Below are positions 38,681 through 53,300 of a stretch of DNA of 64,000 nt, piece after piece. Made by a program: the position numbers and the translations under genes. Source of the DNA: Phallusia mammillata. Taxonomy: Eukaryota. The notes beneath the pieces are model-generated. The model was not told the DNA's origin and did not search any database. It saw only the letters and a list, made by a program, of their open reading frames with translations. The stretch's first letter is position 1; each line of letters starts with the position of its first letter. The stretch is from NCBI GenBank assembly GCA_965637545.1, contig OZ281500.1, positions 8,866,001 to 8,930,000 of the forward strand. Direction: 5' to 3'.

Positions 38681-40720
38681 TTTCTTGTACAAAAATCACC
38701 ACACATAAGTCAAGTTAATGTTTTGAATAATCTTAAATAAAACAGCTAGTGCCCTTGTTTTGAACTCATACTAAAAAGTGTCACATTGTACAGTAACTCA
38801 TAACATATTAACCTCGTGAAGTTATTGTCCCTTTCAACTAGTCAACTATTTACGACCGTAATTCAAATATTCACGTTCTGTGTCATTGTATTCAGAGTTC
38901 TATCTGTGTTATTGTCTTTAACAATAAACAACCCTGTAAAATGAAAACTAAACGTTTTACCACTACAAGTGTACACAGAAACAAATAAGTTTATACTAGG
39001 CGTTTTTGAAAGTTTGAGCTGAAAATACTAATTGCCGACATGACAAACGGGCGACAAAATGAATAAAAACGTGATGAATTAATCATCACAAACCAAGCTG
39101 CGCTATTCATCACTTTATCTCTCGCAGTTACAGAAAGTAAAGTCAACTTATCACAGTGCACAAAACAGAATGCCATCTGGTTTGTTTTTCAATAATCGTG
39201 CTCTTAAAGAGCTAAAGTTACAAATCAGCTAAAGCCGTGCCCACGGCGATTACAAATGGGCGAAAAATTTTAGCTGTCGTCGCGGATTTTCTCTCACGCA
39301 GAGAAAGGATGTCTTTAGTTCGTCGCCCAGCGTTAACATCTACGTGTTCTTCGTCGCTCAGGCCATGTGATTATATCCAAGCAGGCCAAATTGCCTTGCG
39401 TCAGCACTATCAGCGAAACCATAGCTGACCAGCAACAACGCCACAAAGATCAGCAAACACCTTACAAAGGAAACTGTTTCAACCAAAGGAGCAATAAGGC
39501 TGAGTCATTCTAAAATACACATACTGGTTCAGAAATTCTACCAACACAATAGTTTAAACAACCAAAACAAAAACTTCTGGTTGATTACAATTCTAAGTAA
39601 AACGACTGGTTTCAAGTACTGAAATGACACGGCAAATAATATACTGTCAGACCGATATTGCTTTCTATACAGACCCAACAATGTGCACAAATATGGTCAC
39701 ATCACAAAGGTATCACAAAGCGACGTTTGTCTGTGTTAAAACCGCCCCTCCCCGATGTTAAACATTGCTCTAATGATGCTACGCTCGGCCACAACACGAA
39801 TACAGTAGCCAAACTTGTAATGTCGTATCAAACGACCAAATATCAAACTTCACGGCAAAAATGTACGGCAAAATTGCATACGCGTCATTTTTGCCAATGC
39901 GTTAATGAATATTTACAACAGTCAAGACCCGTGAAGTACCACGCCTGATCCAAAATAACTATTGTCCGGCGAAATGCCCGTCGACAGACTTTTTCGGTCG
40001 CCGCCAAAGTAAACTTTTCTGTGGTCGCGCTTGAGTGATTGTGAGTGAAGAGCGCAGCTTACCAGTAGTGGGCCCAACAACCCTCAGTAATTAACCATTT
40101 GTCCTGTTAACAATAAACTTATTTGACTGTACCAACACACGGTAATTTGGCTTGTTAACAGGAATGGTAATTTGTTTTAATGTGAGATATTATCGCTTAT
40201 CTAGATCTAAATATTAATCGTTTATAGGAAATATGAAGCATATATAGCTTATTATGTTTTAAAGAAATGACCCACATATCTTGGCATATAATGCTCCTCA
40301 TTTTATATTACTTCTCGAAACTCTGAAAAAATGTATATTAACCAAGAATTCATGTTGCGTATGCTAAGCATACTATGCTTACTTTATCTTTACTTAAAAG
40401 TGAAATGATTCACAAGCTGGAGTTCCACTGAGCGAAACGTGTCTTAACAACCGTTGTGGCCGGTATGCGATATCCCATCTTTTACATTTTCGGTAATCAT
40501 ATAACGTCAAAGCCTTGGTATTGTTTGTTGATAATTGAGATTTGAGCGTGACTGACTTTGGTTATATTCGTGACTGGAATGTTAGGGGGCAGCACACATT
40601 CATTAACTGACCGACCATGTATTGTCGCCTGTCGTGAAAATTTTTAAACTTGACGAAATTTCAAGGACTGTTTTTGAAAATAAAAAATCAAATTGACGCT
40701 AATCGTCAGTCGCACTTAAA

Positions 40721-41109
40721 TAGGCCTACCATATTTCCATGCCCAAAAAGGAGGACACATTGTTAAAAAGAACATAAAAAAACAATTTAAGGCCCCCTAA
40801 AAAATAAAAGCTTCAGAAATTAAATGATATACAATATAGTTTGGATAAAGTTTGGCGTTTATCACACCACAACATTAAAATAAGCTTGTATTTTTAAAAA
40901 GAAAAACCTGTATTCTTTAAAAAAATATGCTGAAGATCTATATTTTGCTGTTTTGAATAGCACAATTGTCACATATGTATTTGATAAATCAGAAATTCCT
41001 TCAAAAGGAGGACATTTGGGCATTTTTTCTTGTTCTCGGAGGTCCTCTTGGTTTTTGTTAAAAAGGAGGACATGTCCTCCAAAAAGGGGACATATGGTAG
41101 GCCGGCCTA
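40721..41109. mobile_element. hAT-type MITE in the INF2/KIF4 divergent intergenic region
   Basis: Ends TAGGCCTACCATAT ... ATATGGTAGGCC(GGC)CTA, internal GGAGGACA motifs, ACTTAAA direct repeat on both flanks. Confidence 0.7.
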
Positions 41110-41390
41110 ACTTAAATCAAGGTTGTTCCCCACTGAAAATATAAAAACAGGAAAACTGTTCACGCTTCAGTGAATATTTGATGACGCATATTTTGGCTCG
41201 ACTTTTGAAGCGCCAATCTTGAACTGGTAATGTATTGTTTTGAAAACTTAGCAAATGTGCTCGATAGGAATGTCATGCATTTTCGAAGTGTATTGTTTCA
41301 TTGTTTGTGTAGTATTTATTTTTCTGTCACTTTTATTGGCGGTACATAAAATTTATAACATTTTTTGCAGAAGAAACAACAGTAGGTGTA

Positions 41391-44300
41391 ATGTCTGAGT
41401 TTACAGCTGGAAAAGCAATTCCTGTTCGCGTTGCTTTGCGCACTCGCCCACTGCTTCCATATGAACTTAATGAAGGCGCAAAGGAATGCCTAACATTCGT
41501 GCAAGAAGCACAGCAGGTGATTTATTTGCTGCACTTTAACATTTTTGCTGTTATTTCAATGCTTAGTATTGTAATTTTGTTTTATTTTCAATAGTGTTCT
41601 TATATAATTATAATTACTGTTTGTCTTAAAATTTTTTGGGTTACAAGTTCAGTTAATGGTAAAAATAACGGCCCAAATAGACGTAAAAAGCGACATGCTT
41701 TATTGTTCAAACGTTTCACTGATGATGGCATGAGCATTTGCCGAAACGGTTGAACAATAAAGCATGTCGCTTTTTACGTCTATTTGGGCCGTTATTTTTA
41801 CCATTAAACTTATGAACAGATCCGTATATAGTGTTCCAAAGTTCAGTTAAAGTAATGAAACATTTTTTAAAAAATTAATTTTTTAAACTTTTGATCTACA
41901 AGTGTCAAAATATCAAATCTAGTAATAAACACAAAATTTAACTGCCTACATGGAAAGAAACAGTGAACGAATTTTTGACAGTAAAACAAATGACTTGAAA
42001 TTTAGGTATAGTTAGCAGCACTAAATTTACTGTAAGGTGCTTGTTTCAAAAATTCAAACCCCAGCTTCAAATGAGTGACATTAAAGTGTTGAATCAAGGA
42101 ACTGTCGATAGGCAGATGTTTTGCACATAGTTCTTGGCTTCAGTTCACTACTTTTAGGACACCATACTCAAATTTTACTGTCTTTTTCACATACTTCATA
42201 GTGCCGAATAAGCACGATCTTTTGGGTTTTTTGTAGGTAGTTGTCAACAGAAACAGAGCATTTACCTTTGACTATGTATTTGATTCCACAATTAGTCAGG
42301 GAATAGTATACAAGACCAGTGTTGCCCCTTTGATTGATGGAATATTTAAAGGTATTGTTGAGTATTTGTTTATTTTTGTATGAAACCAATTGTTAATACT
42401 TATTTACTCAATACTTATTATAATGAACGTGATTTATTTAGGATTCAATGGGACGGTAATCGCGTATGGTCAAACTGGTAGTGGGAAAACTTACTCAATG
42501 GGATCTGCCCACTGTGTGTCACAGTCTGCTTCTGATGAAGGAGTTGGCGTTATTCCAAGGGTCATAAATGACCTATTTAATGGAATAGAAAGTCGTTCTA
42601 AGTTTAAATTTTGTATCAAAGTTTCTTATGTTGAGGTAATTTTAAATAGATCACTGTGAATGTCTGTGGAATGGTGTCTTATTGTTTTGTGTTGTTTTTG
42701 TAATTAGATTTACAAAGAAGAGTTAAAAGACCTTCTTGCACCAGAACAAAATCGTCAATCAAATTTGGCCATTCGAGAAAACCCTGATGGGTCAATTAGA
42801 ATAGCAGGTTTGTTTCGCTTTTGCACGAACGAAAAAAGCCATCACATACATAATTAAATTATTTCTAGCTGATAACTCTTTAAAGCAGTACTTATAAACT
42901 TTTTCTGTCACAGAACTAAAAATACTTGCAATAGGGTTTAACTGTAATGTAAAGCATTTCGTTTTTTTTTTTTATCCACACAGAGAAATAACATGTCCAG
43001 AGAGATGTGAGGCAAAATGATACCACTTTCGAGCCCTATCCCCCCAAAGCAATGTAACTGCGAGAAATAGTCTTGAAATTAAAATAGCCTAAATTTCTTG
43101 GACAAATTGTTACTAATGATAATTGATAAAACAAACGTTTTTTGACTGTAACTCAATGTTTAATTTGTTTACAGGTCTAACAGAAGTAACAGTTTCCAGT
43201 CCATGTGAAACTCTTGAGTTCATGGAACAAGGTAACTCCATCCGGTCAACTGGTTCCACTGCAATGAATGCAACATCATCTCGTTCCCATGCAATTTTTA
43301 CAATCAGTTTAGAAGATTTGTAAGTATTAAAATTAAACAAAATAGTGGTTTTAAACTGATGATGGTTTAAGGACATCCTTGAGTGAAAAAAAATATTTTT
43401 TTAATGGAATACTTATCATATTTGCATACTCTATCTTACTAGTCTGTTTTAGTTTTATTTCACTTGTTATGCCATTTATATCTGAAGTACAGCAGTAAGT
43501 TTGAGATTTAACACCACTTATTGAATTGCATTTAAACTGTTGCATCTTAATTATGGGTCCCCTTCCCTGAAGGGGACACATATTGATTTTACTCGAATTT
43601 GTTTTTTTTCTCTGTTTTTCTTTGTTTGTTTTCTTCCCAAAGTTTGTCCAACTCATTTTTCCATCAAATGTTTGATGGACTTGGATGAAATTTACACAGA
43701 TGGTAGATGTGCATACCACTTTGGTTTTGTTGATCCCAGTATAATCCCAGTATTTACCCCGCTAGCCCCCTAAAATGGGTATTTTTCTTCCCAAAATTTG
43801 TCCGACTTGTTTTGCCATCAAATGTTTGATTAATTTGGCTGAAACTTACACATATGGTAGATATAGGTATGTAGATATGCATCCCACTTTGTTTTTGTTG
43901 ATAACCCCAGTATTTATCCTGCTAGCCCCCTAAAATGGGTGAGTTTGTAAACAGTGTCAGCATAGGCGCCCAGTGGGCGGTGGCGGGTGGCGTCGCCACC
44001 TTGGATTTGTAAAGCACGGTGGCGGCCACCGCGGATATTTTGATTTGTTTGTAGCGGTATCGTACGAAACATCGCAAATTCAGGGAGCATTTTGGCTTTT
44101 AAACAAGCGTACTGCCGAAACTGCAACCTGTTTTGGTTAGTGTCTCGTTTATGACGTCAAACACACAATTGTTGGCATTGAATGTATGGCCATTATTGTG
44201 TACAATCCTATTGTACTGTTATAAATAGTTATTTTGGTGATACGAGAGCAACAACTTGACGAAACGTTGCTGAACCAAAAATAACGTTAAAGCAAAGTGT

Positions 44301-47300
44301 TTCAAATGAATATTATTTCAAAATTTTTTGACGAACGTTGCATTCTATTTTTTAATTGGAGCTCGTGTGGTTGTACGCATTGGTGACGTCACTTTATGTG
44401 ACGCCATAATTTACGTCCGCCACCTTGCATTTTTGTAAAACTCGACGCCTATGAGTGTCAGAATTGGCTGAAATTTGGAGTATGCCATTTATAGGTGTCG
44501 ATGCCTGATCCAAAATAACTATTGTCGGGCGAAATGCCCGTCGACAGACTTTTTCGAATTGGCTATTGGCTAAAATTTGGGTAGCATGTGGACTATGGTT
44601 GTCTCTTGAAATGCACTATTTTTAACTTTACATGTGTGGTGACCCATGAGTTTCTGCCTGCAGAAACAACTAAGGTTGTAAAAGACGATGGCTAATATGG
44701 GACCCAATACAAAATAAGCATAGGAAATATATTTATGTTTTAAAACAGGTTATAGTGTAAATGCAACGACAAAATGTGCTGAGCCACCCTTCTAGTTAAA
44801 ATAGCTTCCCTTTTTCGTCCTAATCCTTTGATATTTATTGTTTATTTGTTGCATCTTTGCAGAGATGAATACACATGTTCAAAGTTTCACTTGGTGGACT
44901 TGGCCGGTTCAGAAAGACAAAAACGCACCAAAGCCCAGGGTGAGCGCCTACAGGAGGGAATCAAGATAAACGCTGGTCTTCTGGCTTTGGGCAATGTCAT
45001 AAGTGCCTTGGGTGAAAGGCGAAATGCTGATCAACACATTCCATACAGGGATTCCAAACTAACGCGTATTCTTCAAGGTGAATGTCTTATTTTTTTATTA
45101 GTTAGCCAAAGTCTATGTCGGAAAGAAAATGTAAGTATATATTTGCATCACAACGTGAAGCTCGTATGTGAGATGCAACTCATGCGAGAAGGTATGTTGA
45201 TAAACAGGGTCGTGAGTTCGGTTGCAGATTTACTGATACCGACTTATTCTACACTAATTTGCCGATTCCGTCTTTACCCTAAAGAAAAGTTTTTTGTTAC
45301 CCTCGCACATTTTAGTGAGAACATTTGAATCACAACGTAAACTTAGTTTGCTTGAGGTAGATTAACATGTACGGCACCAAAAGAGTAACTTAAGTCACCT
45401 CCAATAATACGAAACAATGGTGCCTTCGGAATTGAAAAAAAAATACTTATTTCATTGTTATCGTTAAATAGACGACAATCTGTGTGAACCTTACTAACTC
45501 CTTCAGTACTATCGACAGCCTATAAAAAGAATGAAAATTATAAGTCGGGTCGGGCTTTTCGAGTAAGGTTCGGACAAGAATTGAAATAAAAAAGGCTTGA
45601 TTCGGGCCTGAATTTAGACTTGGCATTTTTTCACCAACTTTCGGGACTGTTTCAGGCTTTGATTATAAAAACGTACGTTTCCAGGTTGTACTTCGGATTC
45701 TGACCGGGTTAGGGCCCCAATTTTAGCCCCGCCTGCAACTTTTTGCCGACAATCTGTATCATAAGTATTTGCTTGTTGTATTTTTCTCACAGATTCCCTC
45801 GGTGGTAACAGCCTGACAGTTATGATCGCTTGTGTGAGTCCTGCCGACTGCAATGTGGAAGAAACGATCAACACACTTCGTTATGCTGACCGAGCGCGAA
45901 AGATTAAGAACAAACCAATGGTGAATCGCGACCCGCAAACCGCTGAACTGGTGTCGCTTCGCAAAGAGGTAAAAATCCTCATTTATAAAATATAGACCGA
46001 AAGGCCTTTGTCGTTGTGGTAAAATTAAAGGCATCTGATAACACTAACAGTTGTTATCGCTGGCAAAGTTTACCTGATAAAATTTATAAACAGATTCTTG
46101 CTGTTTTACACCATATTGCAGTGGTTCTCAAACTTTTTTGACCGCGACCCAAATCTGGGTTTTATGAACATCTCACGACCCAAGCTTCAAACATCAAAAA
46201 ATGTATTAACGAGACGGACTGCAATTTTCGCCGCCGCATAGGAGTCTGCCCAGCATGTCAAAATGGCGGCAGGCTTAATGAGGTCGAAGCCGATTCGTTC
46301 GACAATTGCATAACACACATTGTGGGTTTGCAGCGCCATGATCACTGATAGAAGTGAATCCCAAATCTAAAAATGTTTCCTTCTACGAATACTTACACAT
46401 CCTTTAACGCTAACTGTTACATCTCCCGTTCAGTTATGCAAGATTAACTTGTCCTATTATTTCCCGTGCTATGACGTTACAATCGCCATGTGCGTAACAA
46501 TAAAATTAGAAAGCTATTGTCTGTATGTTGTAATAATTGGTTTTACTGTACAACGTAGTCGAGTGAGGCGACTTTATTTCTGCATTAAGTAAATTCGTTT
46601 GTGTTTACTGAATGCAGTAATAGTTTGTTTGGGCAGAACTGAATCACCATAGCACGACCCATTTTTGGACCCTGCGCGACCCATGTTTGGGTCGCGACCC
46701 ATACTTTGAGAACCACTGCCATATTGCAATACAATTTTTTTGAGTTCGCTGATACCTATAATATACCGAGTCAAAAATTGTCCGATACTCAAAGTAGTTG
46801 AGAAACACTGCTTTGAAATATCGTTGGCACTTGTACGGATATCTTAAAAATCAGTATCAGTGACTAATTATTAAAACGTTAGTATTAAGAAACAAGGTAT
46901 ACCTAAGACAACCCTTACTTCATTATTATTTTTTTACTTTGTTTATCGTGCACTATGTAATACGCGCATTTAGTGTTATTTGCCCCGATGAACCTGTACC
47001 TGTACAAAAATGCAATTGCCAGAAGAGCTCTGTAAGGTTAAAGTTCACTTGATGTTTTTGTTTTCAGGTACAACAACTTCGACTTAAACTTCTTCAAAGT
47101 GGTGCCAGCACAACATTCAGTGAAACAAGCACACCGCGGGAGTCGTTTGCTGATCGAGAGAAACTCAACAGTCTGGAGGAAGAGAATCGCCAGCTCGTAT
47201 CAGAGATGCAAAAACTTGTGGACAGTAACACGGAGATGTGTGAGAAGGTAAATGTGGAAGAGTGAGAAAAGTATACCAGATCGAGCTTTTACATAAGTCC

Positions 47301-50300
47301 TGGACCCGAATAGCCCATTGTTTTGTTCTGAAGGCCTAAAAATGAAAAAAGCTTAAATTCAAATCACACCTCCACCTTTTTCATCGGTTTTACTCACACA
47401 AAAAAACTGAAATCACATGTATTTATGCATATAAATTCCTATTTAAAAATTAAATTCCTATTTAAAAACATAGCTTTTGATTTGATCTTAAATTGAGGAC
47501 TTCTGAACAGCTTAGATCAAGTTTACAGTCATTGCTATATACGTAGGCCATTACTACGGACCTGGTATGCGAAGAGCTCCAGGGCAAATTGGTTGAGCTG
47601 CGTACGGAAGCCGAAAAGGTGGCGAACGATCCACACGACTTATCTCTTGCCGAGGAAGCGATCTCAGAAGAGGAACAACGTGAATGCATCCACAACCTTC
47701 GCAACCTGCATAAGAAATTGCTTGATGTTCAGGTTTGGTGTTGTCAATCTGTGTGTTATACAAAAAAATAGGCATTAAAAAGTGTAAAAAAGTTTACATG
47801 GCGTGTTATACCTTTTCTGACAAGTGCAGTCATGTTTCATCAGGTCAATGGCAACGAAGACTCCCCGGGAAATATTATCACCAACTTGACCACTGTTTTA
47901 CATGCGACAAGGCGCGATTCTGAAGAGGGAGCCAGTGCCAACAGTAAGTAATATCATGGAATTTTTGAACGCTTCGCACGCCACTTCAGAGTTGAAATCG
48001 ATCGCGCTCTTCAGGCCTTACTCGTGCTTGAGCATGGCTGGCTTGATTCGGATCTGAATTCACACCATTTGTGCTGTAATTTTACCGACTTTCCGGCCTA
48101 GTTTTAACTATGCTGTTTATAATGAAAGGTGGTTCAGGTCGGATTTCGAACTTGCACATCCAAGTTCAGGCCGGTTAGCGCCCAATTTTAAACATGCATA
48201 CACCTTGTGCCACTTATCGTGCCAAAGAAAAAAAATGCACATTACATGTACCAGCATATTGTAAAACGTGCCAGCAAAAAGGAGTAAAAAATTAAGTGCT
48301 TAACATGCCTCTTGCAGATTCAATGGCAGATGAGACCGGAATGGACACAAGTCTGAAAGCAGAACACATCCTTCGGACTGCTAAGTTGTCCAACCAGCTA
48401 CAGGAGTTAAGTAAAGCACTCGCTATGAAGGTATACCAGATTTGACCGCCAGTTTAAACTATAGTCATACCCGATTCGCCTTAATTGGGCTCGGACCAAA
48501 ATCTAATGTTCTGCGATTATAAATTAGCCGAGAAATACGCATTTTGTGCGCTAAATAGATACTTTGTCTCAGCAATGGCATTTAGAAATAAGGCTAGGCC
48601 TTTATTTTGGTGTTACAGAAGGTTGTTTTTGTGTGTAAAAGATTTGGTTTCGGCCGAATCAAAACAAACTTTTTGGCTAAAGTTAAATCTTTGTCAAAAT
48701 CGCTGGTTCAACCAAACGAATTCGAAACAAATTTTGGTTTGCTGTTCGACAGGAGGAGCTGGCGAAACGAATGTGTGCAGGTGGTGAAGACATGGGAGTG
48801 TTGAAGTCGCAATACGAAGATAAACTTTTGAAACTGGACAAACAGATCGACAGTTTGCAGAAGGAAAAGGACGCGCTTGCTACCGCTCTTGAAGTCGCGG
48901 TAAAAAACAACGAGAATCGAACGTGAGTAGAATAAAGAATCTATTGGCCTGTATCACTTAACTATAGTTTCACTTTCATCTTACACTTAGCTGACAAGTG
49001 TAAAAAAATACAAAGCAATGTTAAAAAAGTGTAGCTCAGTTGGTACAGCGTTAGGCCTGGAAAGGCTTGTGTCATGGGTTCGAACCTCACTGAAGGCTAG
49101 ATTTTTCTTGCCTTGCCATATGGGAATGCTTAGTGGTCTGCTGGGCCTGACACACAACGATTTCGAAATAAGTGTACCATGATCGCTGGTCAGCACGAAT
49201 GCGTCAAGGCTGATCCCAGTTATGAATTTATGTTTAACTTAACAAATATATGTTATGTTTTATTAATTTGTGACATTGCGTTTCCGTGCAGAATTAGCGA
49301 ACAACGAAGACGGCGATTGCTTGAGCTCGAGACGCAAATCAAGGAATTGAAACGGGAGAAGAAAGAGAAGGAAAAAGTTTCCAAGTTGAAAGCACAAGGC
49401 GACCAGAAAATCACAAAACTCAACGGGTAAGCAAAATCTGTAAAAACTACTTGGGTTTTGGAACCCGCAAAAACAAATTAGTTTTGCCTTGAACTTGTCT
49501 TTTTGTTTTACAGCGAGATCCAAGCGATCAAAAGTAGCAGAGTAAAACTGATGCGACAGATAAAAGAGGAAAATCAAAAGTTTCTTGCAATGAAAAAAGA
49601 GAAGGAGCGGGAAGTGAAACAACTCAAGGAGAAGGTGATTACCATCTTTGTGAATTTCACGTAAAGCTGTCTCATTTTTGTGTTGCACAACTGCACAGTA
49701 AACTAAGGTCAACAGTATAAGCTTTTGCACCGGCATGACCAGTGTTTTTTTTAAAGTGTTTTTTCGGTCCCCCAAATTTCTCCAGCGGTTTCCCAAAATG
49801 GCTATTTAAGCAAATATGGCTATTTTTTGGTATTTAAATGAAACACTTGCGGTCTCTTAAAACTACTTAGCGGTCACCCAAACCAAACCTTAAAAAAAAA
49901 CCTGGGCATGACCATCATTCAACAGTAGGGTTTGCGTAATAGTCAAGTTATTTTATTTCATTAAGACTCTACAAGTCTGGTTGAACATTGTTGCACCGTT
50001 TAATCACGCCCGACTCGTGTTTTTAGCAAAGGTTTACCAATGGTAATCGTTGACCAAGAGAATACAACTTTTCTATACTGCATGTGCTGTAGTGTGAAAA
50101 ATCATTTATTGATACATGGCTGCCAGTATACAGGGTTTTATATGCATGTGGACAGGGGCATAGATTTGTGTTGTGCATACTTGTTGAAGTTTTAGGCATG
50201 TTTTGAAAGAATGACTATTAGTATTGACCATCTATGATAATATTATACAGGATCGTAAGCGCCAATATGAAATTGTGAAGTTGGAACGAGATTTTGTCAA

Positions 50301-53300
50301 GCAAAAGAATGTCCTGCGTCGCAAGACCGAGGAAGCTGCGGCATCCAATCGAAGACTAAAGGAAGCTTTGAGCAAACAGAAAATGGCAGCCGCAAAGCGT
50401 CAACAGTCACAATCGAGAACCTTGGATAGCGCCAACACTAAAATGCGCGTAAGTTGGCAGAACAATGACACCAGTAGTTTTTTTAAGGCAATGCTCCAAA
50501 TTAGTGATGGGACAAGTACCCGGTACCCGGTACTCGGTATCGATGGTATCGAACGATTTCAGTGGTATCGATACTCGTACTCGGTATCGAAATATTTTGT
50601 CTCAGTTTTCGATACCAACGTGCGAGTACCGAAGGCCGATTTACACCATAAGAATACGGGCAACTTTTGGCCAATATTTGCTTCGGACAGTACAAAATTG
50701 GAAAAAAGTCCCGCCAGTTTACGTACGCCTTTTTCGCTATCACGTGGTGATTACATTTTTCGGCATGTGTGTGCGCACGCCTTTACCCCGAGCATGGCAG
50801 ATAAATTAGCTAGTGATATACAACTAAGTACAACACTACACTTAAGTACTCGGTAATCGTACTCGGTAATCGTACTCGGTAATCGTACTCGGTATCGAAG
50901 GTATATACATGTGGTACTCGTACTCGGTATCGGTACTCGCTTCAAAATCTGGTATCGTCCCATCACTACTCCAAATGCATGTGCGGTTTTCGTGTCACAC
51001 ATTGTAGACCGCAGTCCTACCCATCAGCTAACTGGGACATGTTGCACTTGCTGACAGTAGTGACAGGGCCTCGGCAATTTTTAACCTTTGCAAAAAAAAA
51101 ACTAAATAGATATAAGCGTTTTTGTGGCAGTAGATAAGTGTCATTGCACGGGTATTGTGTGTAAACTTGAAATTTACTTCTGTGTACTGTTTATAAAGTT
51201 CCGAAAAAAGGGGAATTCCGGTTAATTGCAACAGAGCTTGGCAGTTTGGAATTGCGTTAAACAGGAATCGAAATTTGTAAAGTCTGCTTATTGTGTTTCC
51301 TATCTACAAATGCCATACCACTTAAACTGTCAGTGTACAATGTGTCATGGTAAATCCAACACATAGTTAAAAACCTCAACTGCATGGTTTGTTGGATTTT
51401 TACAACCAGTTGATCACATCATATTTCGCATACAGTTTTGGTTGGAGGAAGATATCGAGATTGCAGTTCGGTCGAAAGAAGCTAAAAGACACTTGGAAGG
51501 ATTGGAAGAAGATCTAAAAGTTCTGCAAGAGGATTTACAGAACATGGAAAATAGTGATTCACCAAGCAAGCGGGTAAGCAGTGTACTGTTTTTCGGTGTA
51601 TGAGCAAATGAAATAGTGGTAATGTGACTTCGTTCAACTTTGTGAAAGACACTAGCACCTACGTTGTTTTGAGTAACAACCGCAACTAATAAAAAACGCG
51701 CGTTTTATTTCCGCGATTCTCGATATCACACGTGCTGAGATCGTTCAAAGCATATTTTCTTAAATACTTCTTTCAAGGTCGGCATTAACTCGGTACCGAG
51801 TACTCGGGTTTTGGCTCGGTTCGACCCATCCCTAACCATTACCACTTTGCAGAGACGAACGTTCGTGAAGTCGGATGCCGACGATCTTGTGAGGCGAAAA
51901 CGGGAGCTTGAAGACGAAGTGGAGCTCAAAGAAGCACAAGTAAAAGATCTAAAAAGCAAGCTAAGCGATGCGAAAGACGCGCGAACACGACAACAGACGC
52001 GATGGGTTCAAATCACCAGCATCGCTGAGGCCAGAGCGATTATGAAACACCTTTTTGGATTGGTGAGAGATCGTGGCGTTCTAAAACTTTGGGTTTGAGA
52101 CCTTTTTATTATGTTTATCACATTTAAAAACAAAACTATTGAAAACCAAATTTGGCCTGTTGAAAAAAATGTTTAACGTGATTTGTTATCGAGTGTTTTC
52201 AAAAGTGGTTATAATATGTGCAATGTAGGTAAAATGTGTAAATAAAACAAATGTGTAAATAAGAACATAGAAGTAATATAGAGTTGGTATTTTTTTCCTC
52301 TGACAAACTTGTTTTGTTACCACTTTATTAAAAATATCCAAGTGGTAAATGTTATTTAAAAACACGGCGGGACTGGCGACTGCTCGCTTAAGCTCGTAAA
52401 AGATTTCAAAAATCGTTTGTCCCAATTTCCCACAACCGAATGTAGTATTTGTCAAATTTTTGCTTTCATGTACCTAAATTTGTTAGGGGAAGATGTTCAG
52501 AATTAATTGGGAAATGTAGGAAAAAGTACTTCTGTGATAACATACTTGTACTCACAGATTGTTGCTTCGCGTATGTCCGAGGAAGAATGTTTGGAGGCGA
52601 AAAAACGTGCGATAGAGGAAGGCAATAAAGCGCGCGCTGTATGCAGGGAGTTGGAGAACGAGATAGAGCAAAATAAACGAGACCAGGAACACAGTATTAC
52701 TGCCCTTGAGACCACATATCACGAACAAGTAGGAAGGATATATATATGCGAATTGTTTTAAAAATGTTAATTTTGTGTTCTGGAAACTTTTTATGATTGC
52801 TTTATGTCGCAAAAGCAAATCGAAAAATGTATGCGAAAAATGAACTTTTCTTTATCATAGACAAATCGTATTCAGTAAACCTCCGTTAATCCGGAGCCGT
52901 TTGGGCTAAAAACAAATTTCTGATGTGGCGAGGTTCCAGATGGACCGATGTCGATTACTTAAAGCCTTACTGCATTAAAAATCATGTATATCTCAAGTTT
53001 GTCTAAATTAGGCGAAGATCCGAATTAACCGAATCCGGGCCGAGGTTTACTGCACATGTACTACGATTTTTGCTTCATGATTGTGATGCATTTGAAACGT
53101 AACATGCGACTGACCGGCATACAATTTACAACATTTGATTACATATAAAAAGCCATCTTTTTCATTGTCCTCATAAGCTGAGTTGAAACTCCTTTCAAAC
53201 CCAGTTGATTTTAGATGTTGTTGCTCACGAGCCAGCTCAACCAATCGTCGTCGAATCGAACTTTGGTGAATCCGACGCAGCGTGAGGCAAACTTGGAGGC

